From NCBI GenBank assembly GCA_002245135.1, contig NGBS01000332.1, forward strand, positions 1 to 64,000: a DNA stretch of 64,000 bases, read 5' to 3'. The position numbers and the translations under genes were made by a program. The DNA is from Proteromonas lacertae. Taxonomy: Eukaryota. This document shows positions 1-10,551 of this stretch, in pieces; within the stretch, counting starts at the first letter, position 1; the number at the start of each line of letters is the position of its first letter. Under the pieces are notes generated by a model. That model ran no database searches. It was not told the origin of the DNA and saw only the letters and a list, made by a program, of their open reading frames with translations.

Positions 1-1284
1 TATCTCAAAGAACTTGTCATTGAACTTCTTATCTTTTCTGAATATATCAAACCATGAGTCTTGGAAATATTCACGGACAGTCATGAAGCTATCATAATAT
101 TGCATAAGTGTATAATCTGGCTGATATACAAAATCATTGATCATCCATCTGAATTGTGCATTTTCAGGTACATGTGCATATCTTTTTAATGATTCTATCC
201 ATGGCCTATAGATTATGTAACGAACAAATGGTCCATTGGAATATTCAATGTGAATGAATAATTGAATATGCCAGATCCACCTGATGGTACAACAATTTGA
301 TGACATCTGAAATCATTGAATTGAATAGGTTTTGATAAACAATATTGTTTGGTATTATTGTTGCATTGAGTATCCTTGTTGATATAAGCATAAAATTTAA
401 ATTCTTAAATGTCATATTTTTAATACCACCATCCCTATCCCATGCTATAACATTATTTAAATCTTCATAACCATTTTCATCAATACAATATTCGGTTGGT
501 GCATATGATTTCAAATTTCCATAATTTGCTTTAGTTTGGAATCGAATGCATATATACATTCTCTCTCCAAAGGAATACATCGCTCTTTAATGCAGCAAAT
601 GTATTGTAAAATTTACCTAACTGTAATTTGAAATGTAATGTCTTTTTACTCTTATACACAGTAGCATTTGTTACTTTATTATTACTTTCATCAGAAATGT
701 CTATAACATTAACATGCATATCATCATCACCTTCTTTGTCCATTTTCCATTTATTAACATCTTGAATAAGATAACTTTGTTCATCGTTACTCCAATCTAA
801 TTGTATTCCATCATAGTAATTGTCTTGATAGAATATATCACATCTCTTTCTAACTAATTCATCCATAAATACACGATATGGTTCATACGAATCATCAAGC
901 TTGACCAGATCTGTTCCAGTCTGATTACAAATTCTAAAAGATGGCCAAACCAAACCCTTCTTTAATTCCTCCAATTGTACTTGGATATAAATCATCATCT
1001 TTATTTATAAGTTTCTTACTTAAATCTGCTCTAACAGCACCTACTTCTGAACCTTTTGCTAATGGTTCTGTTTCCACATCTATATCGAATTGAATATATG
1101 ACTTAGCTAAATTGATAATATTATCTCCACTTATCTCCCATCTAATCTCTTCTGTATACGTGTTATCACTTAGAGTATATTCTGATGTTGATCCCATCGG
1201 AGTCAATCTCACATAATTATAGAAGGGTAGCATCACAGGGACATCTACACCATGTTTCTGTTCTTTTGGAATAGATAAAGCCAT
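1..1284 (-). pseudogene. Major capsid protein (double jelly-roll type), frameshifted and cut off by the window edge
   Basis: ATG at 1284 (MALSIPKE...RLTPMGS...EIRWEISGDNIINLAKSYIQFDIDV). Joining frames at ~935, ~570, ~390 and ~238 gives ...GLAIF/RICNQTGTDLVKLDD...LGKFYNTFAALKSDVF/FGERMYICIRF...NLNF/YAYINKD...FNYSFTLNI/NGPFVRYIIYRPW...RWMINDFVYQPDY...FNDKFFEI, open to position 1. The motif order resembles PLV/adintovirus-like MCPs. Confidence 0.7.
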
Positions 1285-1315
1285 TAGAAAACAAAAGAAT
1301 AAAGAAATATAAAAA

Positions 1316-2275
1316 TTAGACTTTAAATACAACAATATCTAAATTAAACTCAATATTATCAAGATTAAGCTCATAGCCATTTTGTTGAGTAATCTGAATA
1401 GTGATCATACCATTGTTATAGGTATTATTAAATCTCTTCGATGTATTCAATATGTCATTATTCTGATATGTAATAAATGGTAACTCTGGATTTGAAACGG
1501 GTATATTTTCTAATGCATTTGAATCCTGCATAATATTCACTATGTCTAATCTAATGGATATAGAATTAACCCATATCAAAGAAGGACGAAATGGTAATTG
1601 AGTAAATGGGAATGGCTTAACCATAATTTCTTGTTGATTCTCTGGTTCTTCAGATGGAATATATTCTTTAAAACAACACCAGTAATTGTTTTTGGGTATA
1701 CCTAATATTTTGTAACTAAGATCTTTGGTGATGATCTCTAATTTTTCTATCCAATATACTGGGTCTTTTTGATAGTATATAATATTCATATCATTAGCTA
1801 CCTCAATATGATATGTTTGATTATCATCGAAATTGTCTATACGAAATAAATCTCCTTTTCCTTGTATAATAGACACATGTGAACCTTCAGTATTATATGA
1901 AGTATCATTTATTCCAAAAACATCATATGTCATATTTTTTACTAAATTATTGATCATACTTAATATCTGAGTTTCATCATAGAATCCTTCTGGTATTTTG
2001 AGGTGTTTTATGATGTTTGGATACTTTGGTGCATCTACTTGAACATTATGTCTCCATCCCAATGTGAATACTAATGAAAACTCATCATTTGTTTCTTCCT
2101 GTATAGTTGGGAATGAATTGGGTATAACAGCATGTAATAAGCTGACATGAGTATAATCATCATCGAATGATTGCAATTTTAATGTCTTCTTATACTTGTT
2201 TCCTCCACCCATGGAATCAGATAATACAATCATATCAGAATTTAAGTAGTATACACGATGATTCGAAACTAACAT
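1316..2275 (-). CDS. Minor capsid (penton) protein, PLV/MELD-virus type
   Basis: Intact 319 aa ORF. N-terminal 'YLNS...VSLLHAVIPNSFPTI...NDEF' and 'IPEGFY', C-terminal 'ITIQITQQNGYELNLDNIEFNLDIVVF' match the single jelly-roll penton pattern. Lies directly upstream of the MCP. Confidence 0.75.
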   Translation of the reverse strand: MLVSNHRVYYLNSDMIVLSDSMGGGNKYKKTLKLQSFDDDYTHVSLLHAVIPNSFPTIQEETNDEFSLVFTLGWRHNVQVDAPKYPNIIKHLKIPEGFYDETQILSMINNLVKNMTYDVFGINDTSYNTEGSHVSIIQGKGDLFRIDNFDDNQTYHIEVANDMNIIYYQKDPVYWIEKLEIITKDLSYKILGIPKNNYWCCFKEYIPSEEPENQQEIMVKPFPFTQLPFRPSLIWVNSISIRLDIVNIMQDSNALENIPVSNPELPFITYQNNDILNTSKRFNNTYNNGMITIQITQQNGYELNLDNIEFNLDIVVFKV

Positions 2276-2360
2276 AAGATAAAATCTATTTTGAAAATAA
2301 ATTCGTTAATAATGTCAATATTGTCATTATTAGTATTAATTACACTTTTATTTTTTAAAA

Positions 2361-2960
2361 ATGAATAACGATCAGGAACACAAATATCGTACTGTGCCAT
2401 ATAACTTTTGGAACTCTGATAAACAAATACTCATTAATTGCTTTAGAAAGGATGGCAAAATGAGGGCACCAACCAAATCTAAATTATGGAATTTGATATG
2501 TGGCGAGAAAAAGGAATTAACTTATAGTGAGATCAGATATATACTCAAATACGTCGATGAACAGTATAGATTAGACTTGGAATATAGATTCAAAAATGGA
2601 TGTTGGTGGGATGAGAGTAAAGAGAAATTAATTCAAAGATTAGGTATTTCTGATGTAGATGAGGCTGTGCGCATTACACCTAATATGTTCCTTGAGTGTG
2701 TTAACAAGATTAAGGAGAAAAGAAACCCATCTTTTGAAAAAACTCATCAATTATTAGAAAGTATTATTATGATGAATCATGAAGCTAATATATTACCTCC
2801 TCCTCCTCCTCCTAATGATAATAAAGAAATAGAAGAAATACAAGTCAAGCTTGAAAATGACAATGACAATATCAATCTCACAGATTATGACTTATCTCCA
2901 ATATCACCAAGATCCATTAAGGATGAATATATTAATAATAACCAATGTCTTGTAAGTTAG
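2361..2960 (+). CDS. Hypothetical protein, probably viral
   Basis: 199 aa intronless ORF divergent from the penton gene; poly-Pro linker and acidic tail. Confidence 0.6.
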   Translation: MNNDQEHKYRTVPYNFWNSDKQILINCFRKDGKMRAPTKSKLWNLICGEKKELTYSEIRYILKYVDEQYRLDLEYRFKNGCWWDESKEKLIQRLGISDVDEAVRITPNMFLECVNKIKEKRNPSFEKTHQLLESIIMMNHEANILPPPPPPNDNKEIEEIQVKLENDNDNINLTDYDLSPISPRSIKDEYINNNQCLVS

Positions 2961-3027
2961 TTTATTGATAATAAATACATTACTTTGATTAATTTTGTTT
3001 TCTTATATAAGATTCTCATAAACACAC

Positions 3028-3264
3028 ATGGACTTTGATGTAATAACTGTTTTGCTTTCAGTTCTCGTATTTGTATTGTATATGATAGCTTTGGCTCTTT
3101 TCAAATACTTAAAGGCACACAATTGTATTCCAAACAATACAGACATAGAAGAACTTAGAAATAATATAGATGCCATGATGAATAAAGGGTTAGAACATGA
3201 TAAGACACTTAAGGATATTCAGTCTCTTATTGAAATCACTAAACAAAGGAAAATGACTATTTAA
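3028..3264 (+). CDS. Small membrane-anchored coiled-coil protein, probably viral
   Basis: 78 aa; N-terminal hydrophobic helix (VITVLLSVLVFVLYMIALALF) followed by a heptad-like segment. Confidence 0.55.
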   Translation: MDFDVITVLLSVLVFVLYMIALALFKYLKAHNCIPNNTDIEELRNNIDAMMNKGLEHDKTLKDIQSLIEITKQRKMTI

Positions 3265-3317
3265 TTATTTATTTCGATTTTTATATTATATTATATTATG
3301 TTTCTTTTGGTTAAACT

Positions 3318-3420
3318 TGTATCTTACAACTGGCCCAAGTTGTAAGATACATCACAATTCAAGTTACAACTGGCGCCAGTTGTAACTTATATTACAATTC
3401 AAGTTGCAAAGTGGCGGCCG
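3318..3420. repeat. Array of related palindromes/hairpins between convergent ORFs
   Basis: 14-bp stem TGTATCTTACAACT (3318-3331) / AGTTGTAAGATACA (3338-3351). Perfect 28-bp palindrome AAGTTACAACTGGCGCCAGTTGTAACTT (3361-3388). Degenerate third unit; ACAATTCAAGTT recurs at 3354 and 3394. Confidence 0.9.
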
Positions 3421-3491
3421 GATATAGCAGTACCAAACACCAAAAAAACAAACACACATAACATTACATAAAAAATATATAAAGAATTACT

Positions 3492-3863
3492 TTAATTATC
3501 CATATTAGGAACTGGAATACCATACTGATAATGCCTGCCATTATGCACAACTATACGATGTGGATCATTCTTTGGCGCGGCTCGTGGCCCGGCTCGTCTT
3601 GGTTTACGTTTTGCTCTATCTTTACTTCCTTTTGGTCTTCCTCTTTGTTTAGGTGGATTAGCAGCTAATAATCGTTCATACATTTTCATTAATTGTCTAT
3701 ATTGTAATTTAACTTTTGTTTTGTTTTGTAGTGCATTCTTTACTTTGTCTCTATACAAATCATAGCTCTTTCTCCATTTACTCCTATTAACTGATTTAGG
3801 AATATATGTATTCCAGTCTTTACTAATTTTAAACCCTTTTGGCCATCCTCCATAATAAGACAT
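3492..3863 (-). CDS. Small basic DNA-binding protein with AT-hook (candidate viral core protein)
   Basis: Likely ATG at 3863 (MSYYGGWPKGF...). K/R-rich, contains QRGRPKGSKDRAKRKPRR. Confidence 0.6.
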   Translation of the reverse strand: MSYYGGWPKGFKISKDWNTYIPKSVNRSKWRKSYDLYRDKVKNALQNKTKVKLQYRQLMKMYERLLAANPPKQRGRPKGSKDRAKRKPRRAGPRAAPKNDPHRIVVHNGRHYQYGIPVPNMDN

Positions 3864-3967
3864 GTTGTGATTTTTATAATTGATATTATTTAAAATATAG
3901 TAACTATTAATAGTATGTTTATCAAACAAAAACAAACATATATAATAATAATAGAATTTTTAAGTAT

Positions 3968-4459
3968 TTAATCAGAGTCACTACTACTATCACTACTACT
4001 ACTATCACTACTACTACTAATTCCATCAGCAACATTTCTATCAACTGGATGTATGTGATAAAAATTCCCTCCATTCCATTGATAACTCATATGATGAAAA
4101 GCATATTTTTTAAATTTTTGAGGAATACAATCGCCATCTGCATACTCATGTTCTTCATTTCTTAATTTTCTATTCATTACTAATATTGAAGCTCTTCTGT
4201 CATACCCATAGGTTTTGAGGTTTATCATTAATTGATCGCCATGATGTCTATAATCACCTAGTGCTTCTGGATCATTTCTATTAGTTCTGAGTGAACCACA
4301 TATAAACACCTTTACTTTATTTCTTTTTAATATTTTCATTGTTTTAATTGGAAATTGAATGACCCATCTATGTGCTCTATTGTCTCTATATCTATGAATG
4401 TAAAAAGCATATTCACCGTTAGGTTGTCTAAGCATATTATATGTTAAATGGTCAGGCAT
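3968..4459 (-). CDS. Hypothetical protein with Ser/Asp tail, probably viral
   Basis: 163 aa intronless ORF ending SSSSDSSSSDSSSDSD. Confidence 0.55.
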   Translation of the reverse strand: MPDHLTYNMLRQPNGEYAFYIHRYRDNRAHRWVIQFPIKTMKILKRNKVKVFICGSLRTNRNDPEALGDYRHHGDQLMINLKTYGYDRRASILVMNRKLRNEEHEYADGDCIPQKFKKYAFHHMSYQWNGGNFYHIHPVDRNVADGISSSSDSSSSDSSSDSD

Positions 4460-4864
4460 ATTCTTTGTATTTTTTGCTATTATATATATTATTAAATTTT
4501 TATGGGTCTAATCAATAAAGTTATTGTTTGTTTAGTAATACAAATGTTTGAGGTTTGTTAAAAAAAATAATATCTCACGATCCATTGACATAATGAATAA
4601 TCTGATGTGTTTCTTATTATATGGCATATCATGAGCAATCGATTGATATAGTTAGATTTCATATATGTTTCATAATCAAAGATGATTTAGATTATTGCCT
4701 GAAATAAGATATTGATATAATTGAGATGGGTATATACCCTAGTAAGTATATATAAATAATACTTAGATTCTATCTATCATGTTTCCTTTATAGTTTTTTT
4801 CAAAATAGATTTGAACAAGCCAGCAGGTTTGAAATCTATTTATCTTTTTAAAATTACATCATAA

Positions 4865-5669
4865 ATGAGTGGCATTATCCTCAAGAAAGAGGTGATATAT
4901 CAAGTGAAAGTAAAGAACTACCATGAAGATCGTGAATTCGATGTTGTAATATTTAATTTATCTGATATCGTGAAAAGACAAAGAGAACTAAGCAGATATA
5001 AGTATATTCCTAATTTATATTATTCATAGGTGGAGACATAATATATATTTTCCGAATTTATACTGCATGTTACAATCATTCAAGAATATATGGATCAAAG
5101 ACAGCAGAGATAGATTAGAGAGTTATAGGAACTTCAAGAATTATTTTATATACTGCTTTAATTATAATCCTAATAATATCAAGACAATTGTATGAATTGA
5201 TTATAAATATTAATATATATAGGTTGATCGTAAACTTGATTACTTATATGTATCTTTGAAAGTATTAGCTGAAGAAGAAATAACTGAATTCGGTGATGGT
5301 GATAAATCAGCTGATTATCCAAAAGAATATGATGATAAATATAATAATGTTTGTGGAATATTATATTCAGATGATTATAATAGCTGTAGTTCAAGTGAGA
5401 GTGAAGATGATAAGGAAATTGGAATCGATATTAATGAGCAAGTAAAAAAGCAAGAGAATAAACAAGATAATAATGTAGATCAAGAAGTTATCACAAAGAA
5501 ACAAGAAGAAGAAGAATTTATCACAATTACTGAATCCGATTTAGAAACAGATTCTGATATGGAAGTTGAAGAAACAAAAAAAGACACTTTGGTTAATTTA
5601 TTTAGTTATGCAGATGAAAGTGAAAGTGAAGAAGATGATATGGAAGTAGAATGGCAATCAGAATATTAA
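4865..5669 (+). CDS. Three-exon hypothetical protein (247 aa) with acidic C-terminus
   Basis: ATG 4865; GT-AG introns 5002-5029 (28 nt) and 5190-5222 (33 nt) give an uninterrupted frame MSGIILKKEVIYQVKVKNYHEDREFDVV...VDRKLDYLYVSLKVLAEEE...WQSEY*. Confidence 0.7.
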
Positions 5670-5850
5670 ATCATAATGAATCTTGAATTGGTTTTGTTTT
5701 GTTTTGTTTGGGTTAGTATTATAACTTATAAATTATATGGTGTGCTAATTAACACCTTAAAATAATTATAAAAGAAATTAAGCTATTTTTGAAAAAAGCA
5801 TTCGTTTCAAAAGTGATTTGGCTTGAACTTTATATTTTGTTTTATTTGAT

Positions 5851-6137
5851 ATAGGATGGTCACTATATGTTGTCATATCACACAGTATGGTGGCCATCCT
5901 ATCTATCATTGTTTTTTGAATTTTTTTAAGAAAATTAAATTTCGATTATGATCAGAAAGTCAAACTAAGGGCATATATGAGCCCAGCATAAATAGAGAAA
6001 TCGATTGATATATTTATTATGCATTCAAAACGTTTCTAATGATGAAAAAACAATATAGGGAAATAGCACACATTGAAACGGCTATTTTTTTGAATCAAAA
6101 ACACATATAGGGAAATGGCACACTGTGCTATTTCCCT
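5851..6137. repeat. Cluster of inverted and direct repeats
   Basis: ATAGGATGGTCACTATA (5851-5867) / TATGGTGGCCATCCTAT (5886-5902), 2 mismatches. TATAGGGAAAT(A/G)GCACAC at 6054 and 6106, with inverted copy TGTGCTATTTCCCT at 6124-6137. Confidence 0.8.
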
Positions 6138-6207
6138 TTATTATTCATTATTATCAAATGTAAAAACAAAAAACGAAAAAAAAAATTGATTAAAGTGACG
6201 TGTAAAT

Positions 6208-6846
6208 TGTTGTTCCCCGTATGGCGGAAATCCCCGTATGGCGGAACTCTATATTGCAGAATGATTCAATCAAAACTAATATGATATTCATGATGTTCGG
6301 AGTTAGTTATTAACAAATATATAATTAGTTTGTCATATGACCTACATCTGTGATATACTTTTTTATGAACTTCACTATTATCAATATTAAACTAATTTTT
6401 GTATATTTTCTATTTTAATGTATCAGTCACTAATACAGTCTAAAATACATTATCTGATATGAATATATTACAATAAATTTAACAAAAGCTTATTTAAAAA
6501 AGAAATTAAAATGTAGGCTTGAGTGAGGCTTGAACTTATTTTTTCTTTTTTCTTTTTTGACCTCCCTAACATTAAAAATAGTGAATTCTATTCATATCAG
6601 ATAATGTATTTTAGACTGTATTAGTGACTGATATATTAAAATAGAAAATATACAAAAATTAGTTTAATATTGATAATAATGAAGTTCATAAAAAAGTATA
6701 TCACAGATGTAGGTCATATGACAAACTAACTATATATTTGTTAATAACTAACTCCGAACATCATGAATATCATATTAGTTTTGATTGAATCATTCTGCAA
6801 TATAGAGTTCCGCCATATGGGGATTTCCGCCATACGGGGAACAACA
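6208..6846. mobile_element. Non-autonomous fold-back element (MITE) with TGT...ACA ends, Ginger/TDD-like
   Basis: Near-identical 258-bp inverted arms 6208-6465 and 6589-6846 (a few substitutions). 5-bp TSD TAAAT at 6203-6207 and 6847-6851. Tandem CCCCGTATGGCGGAA motif in the TIR. No ORF. Confidence 0.9.
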
Positions 6847-6859
6847 TAAATTACATAAA

Positions 6860-7264
6860 TATGGTATTTTTAAAAATAATTTTCTTGATGTTATTATTGT
6901 AATGAAATTGGTTTAATAGGTTATTATTGTGGTAGTTGAAGCTAATAATCCAAAAGATTATAAAAATATTGGTTCTGCTGTTATTAGATCATAAATGAAA
7001 GGTTATGATTATTGTCCTACAAATCATTATTGTGAAGAAGATCCCCTGTAAACTCTCTAACAAATCGTCGATTTCCTTTGAATTGCATAGTAATAACGGA
7101 ATAACATTCTTTACATTTGCATGAAACTTCATCATCTATATAATAACCATCTTTACAATTATTTGATTTTAAACTAAATACATCGCAATATGAATCATTC
7201 CTACACAATAAACTAGTATTGAAAGTATAACTATTAGTTGAATAATAATATGCTTTCTTACATC
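6860..7264 (-). pseudogene. Cys-rich gene remnant truncated by the Tigger insertion
   Basis: Reads RCKKAYYY...LCRNDSYCDVF...CKDGYYIDDEVSCKCKEC from the TA target site, then degenerates. Confidence 0.35.
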
Positions 7265-7266
7265 TA

Positions 7267-10200
7267 CAGTCAAAAACCTTTAACTTGAGCAGCTTGAATA
7301 GCGAAAAAATAACCAAAAATACCCCCATATTCAAGTAATGGTTTTATATATTAGAGGTGTTTGTTGGGGTTTTGAAATAGATAAGACGTTGTTATAAGAC
7401 ATCTATATATCTATAGTCTTTTTATTTTCGCTATATATTTACATTACTATCTTATTTTGTTATTGTTTGATATATTATAAGTTATTATATATTAAAATCT
7501 TTATATAGTGCTTCATGAATTGTATGTAGTGATTAGAGCATTTTAATTGTTGAATACAGTTTAATTTGAGAAAAGAGTGGAAATTTCCTAATATTTGTTA
7601 TGAATTAAGTTTAAACTAATGAATATTATAATCTAGTTATATTAAGTATTACAGTTTTATAAAAAATGAAACGATCAAATTTTTTTATGCTTAGAATTCT
7701 TGTCTTTATAACCACATCTAGGCATCTACATAATAAAATAACCATATCAACACCTTCTACTTATTTTATTGATTGATATTTTATAGTTAAACCCCCCAAA
7801 AAACAATTAACAAATAAAATATGATGTAAAAATAATAGTATTAATCTATAAATTGGTTTTTAATTCGTCAAAACATTTTGATATCCTTTGTTTTTTAACG
7901 TCATTCATGTTGCAACATGATCTATATAGTTTATTGAGTTTTCTTTTGAATTTTGTTGTCATTAATTCTTCTTTTTTGTCATTATCTATAATATTTTCAG
8001 TGATATTCATCGAAGTGTCATTAATGACTGAAACTTGAAAGGCTGGAGACTCTTCAAAATGCATAAATGGACAAAGATCTTCAATTCTAGTTACAGAATA
8101 TAATGAAGTACCTGTAATGAATGTACTTTTACTGTTTATAGGATTTAAAACCTTTATTTTTTCAAGAATATCAGCCAATGCTAACCTTAATTTTACGCTA
8201 TGGTCTTCTTCTGGTGGTAATAATTCTAGAACTCTTTCGAGCTTCGCCATTTGAGTTACAGTAGGTATTGTTGACTGTTTCCAGCAATTGATTACTGTTG
8301 AAGATTTCATTTCATTAAATACAGTTGTCATATAAACAATCGAATCTGCAATATTAGGAGTTTTACCAAATTTCAATCCACCCATTCCATTTTTTACTTT
8401 TATTCGTCTAATTTCTTAGAAATTGTCAATAGTTTTCACACATTCATTGAGGATTGATGTCTTGTAATTGCCCTTCAAAGCACTAATGATACCTTGATCT
8501 AGAGGCTGTAATTTAGCAGTTGTATTTGGGGGTAAATATATGATTTCCAAATTTTTATACTTTTCTTTTGATAATTCTTTCGGATGTCCACTGAAGTTAT
8601 CCATTATTAATAATATTTTACTATCTCCTAATGTTGACGTTACTGCTGGCATAAATATTTCATCAATCCAATAAATGAAAACAGTCGAATCCATCCAAGC
8701 ATGATGTTGACTGGTATAACATTTCGGAACATCATTGAAACAGTTTGGTTTTTTGGCCTTTCCAATGAACAATAATGGAATATATACACTGTTATCCATG
8801 TTGACTGTGACTGCTATAGATATTCGTTGTTTAGACATCTTAAAACCTCGAAAATCTGATTTTTCTACATTTTTTACAACACATTTTTGAGGTAATTGCT
8901 GGTAAAATAGTGAGGTTTCATCCATATTGAAGATATATTTAGGCTCATATTGACTCATTACATCTTGTATTGGCTTTAGATTCACAGTACCTACAGAGGA
9001 AGCTTCTCCATATAATACGATACAAGATAAACCATTTCTTTTCATGAATCCATCTATATAGCTTTGACTTACTATAGCTTTACCTACATTATTCTTGTTT
9101 AGTATCCTAGCTTCACTTAATAATAAACTTTTCGTGACAGGAATATGTGTCAAAGGAAGTTTTTTATAAGCTTCATCAAACCATATCTTCAAACCTTTTT
9201 CCAATTCAGGGTTTTGTGTTTTTTTTCTCTTTTAATAGTAGCCATGTATTTATCACAGTCAAAATACTTCATTATTGTATCTCTATTATAAAGCCAGTTA
9301 GTAATCGTAGAGTTAACAACATTCAATTTTGCCCTCACCTTAGCTCTTGTTGTTTTCTTGTTATCAAGCTCATATACAGCCTCTGCTTTCTCTGCTAATG
9401 TTCTATTATTGCATTTTCTAGTAATAGTTGAGTTTTGACAAGACATAAAAGGCGCTTTGTTCAAAAAATTCAAGCCGAGCCAAGAGAAAAGAAAAGGAAT
9501 AAATGTAGTCTAGTCTTATTTAGTGAAATAAAATTCATATTTTGTGTCAACATCGTCAATAGATGTTGAGAATATCTACGCAGAAATTGATCATCAAGCT
9601 TGTATGTACCATTTATTAAATTAGCACTTTATTGTTTATTACATCAAATCAGCATAACAATTATAACAACAATATAAAAAAAAATTACGGATTTAAATTA
9701 CTGTTTCACTATTTATTTTCGATTTTCTAACTTCTTCATCTCTATATACATCAATAACATTATTCATTTCAAATTAGATTCTTTTTAATGAAAAACCTAT
9801 TACTCCATATTTACTTCTAATCATTCAATTGAAAGATATATATCAACCAATTTACATTATTAAATGTATTGTCTTATCTCATACACTATTTCTGAATAAC
9901 TTATGTGCATTATTTCCAACAATTATGTTTTACATCATAACTAATAGTAATGTTGTGATTATACTAGCGTATATCATTTTTCATCAACCAGAACAGTGGT
10001 TTTACAGCTTACATTTCATTCAACTGTATAGATATTACATTATTTGGTATTTTCTGAAGGTAATGTGTAATTATAGATTATTCTTTTCTTATTAAGCTGA
10101 ATATTCATTGCATTTACTCCATTTACTTCATTTATTATCAGTTTCTGAGGTTGATTTCACTTATTCTTAGAACATTATCGAAAGTCAAAAAAACATTTAC

Positions 10201-10551
10201 TATATTCACTCCAATTACCATCAACACAAATACTAAGTCTCAATCTACTATAATAAATAATTTAATTCCCAAACTACTCCCAAATATTTCTTATAATTTC
10301 TAATCTCTATCAAATAACCATTTTTATTATTCTGCATACCTATAAAAATAAAATAGAAGCTATATACTTCATAATATATTAAACATTTACTCATTTATTT
10401 TAGATGAGCTATAAAATAATAATACTTGTAGAGAATGTTATGTAACAAAGAAAAGTTTTAAAATTAAATACCCCAACTTAACACAAAATGCAAAAACTTT
10501 GAAAGAAAAATGGTTCAAGTTATAAAAATTCAAGTTAAAGGTTTTTGACTG
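7267..10551 (-). mobile_element. Tigger/pogo (Tc1-mariner superfamily) DNA transposon
   Basis: Perfect 22-bp TIRs CAGTCAAAAACCTTTAACTTGA (7267) / TCAAGTTAAAGGTTTTTGACTG (ends 10551), each flanked by TA. Contains a transposase. Confidence 0.92.
7846..9446 (-). pseudogene. Tigger/pogo transposase (HTH_psq + CENP-B-type HTH + DDE_1), disrupted
   Basis: ATG 9446. TLAEKAEAV...STITNWL HTH; frameshift at an A-run ~9210-9225; catalytic motifs IFNMDETSLF, LLIMDNFSGH, LPPNTTAKLQPLDQGII; one in-frame TAA at 8416-8418. Confidence 0.9.

Larger units (their letters stand above)
1..4459. mobile_element. Endogenous Polinton-like / MELD-type dsDNA virus, partial; continues beyond the left edge, right boundary uncertain (possibly ~6200)
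   Basis: Adjacent co-oriented penton-like and major-capsid-like genes, then compact intronless orphan ORFs, unlike the intron-rich host genes further right. Confidence 0.75.

Noticed and set aside
3318..3420. CRISPR-like or bacterial terminator interpretation of the palindromes
   Set aside because: Only 2-3 non-identical units, no unique spacers, no cas genes, and a eukaryotic context.
7017..7334. 105-aa ORF with apparent signal peptide
   Set aside because: Its start is non-ATG and its N-terminus is read through the Tigger TIR, so it is chimeric.
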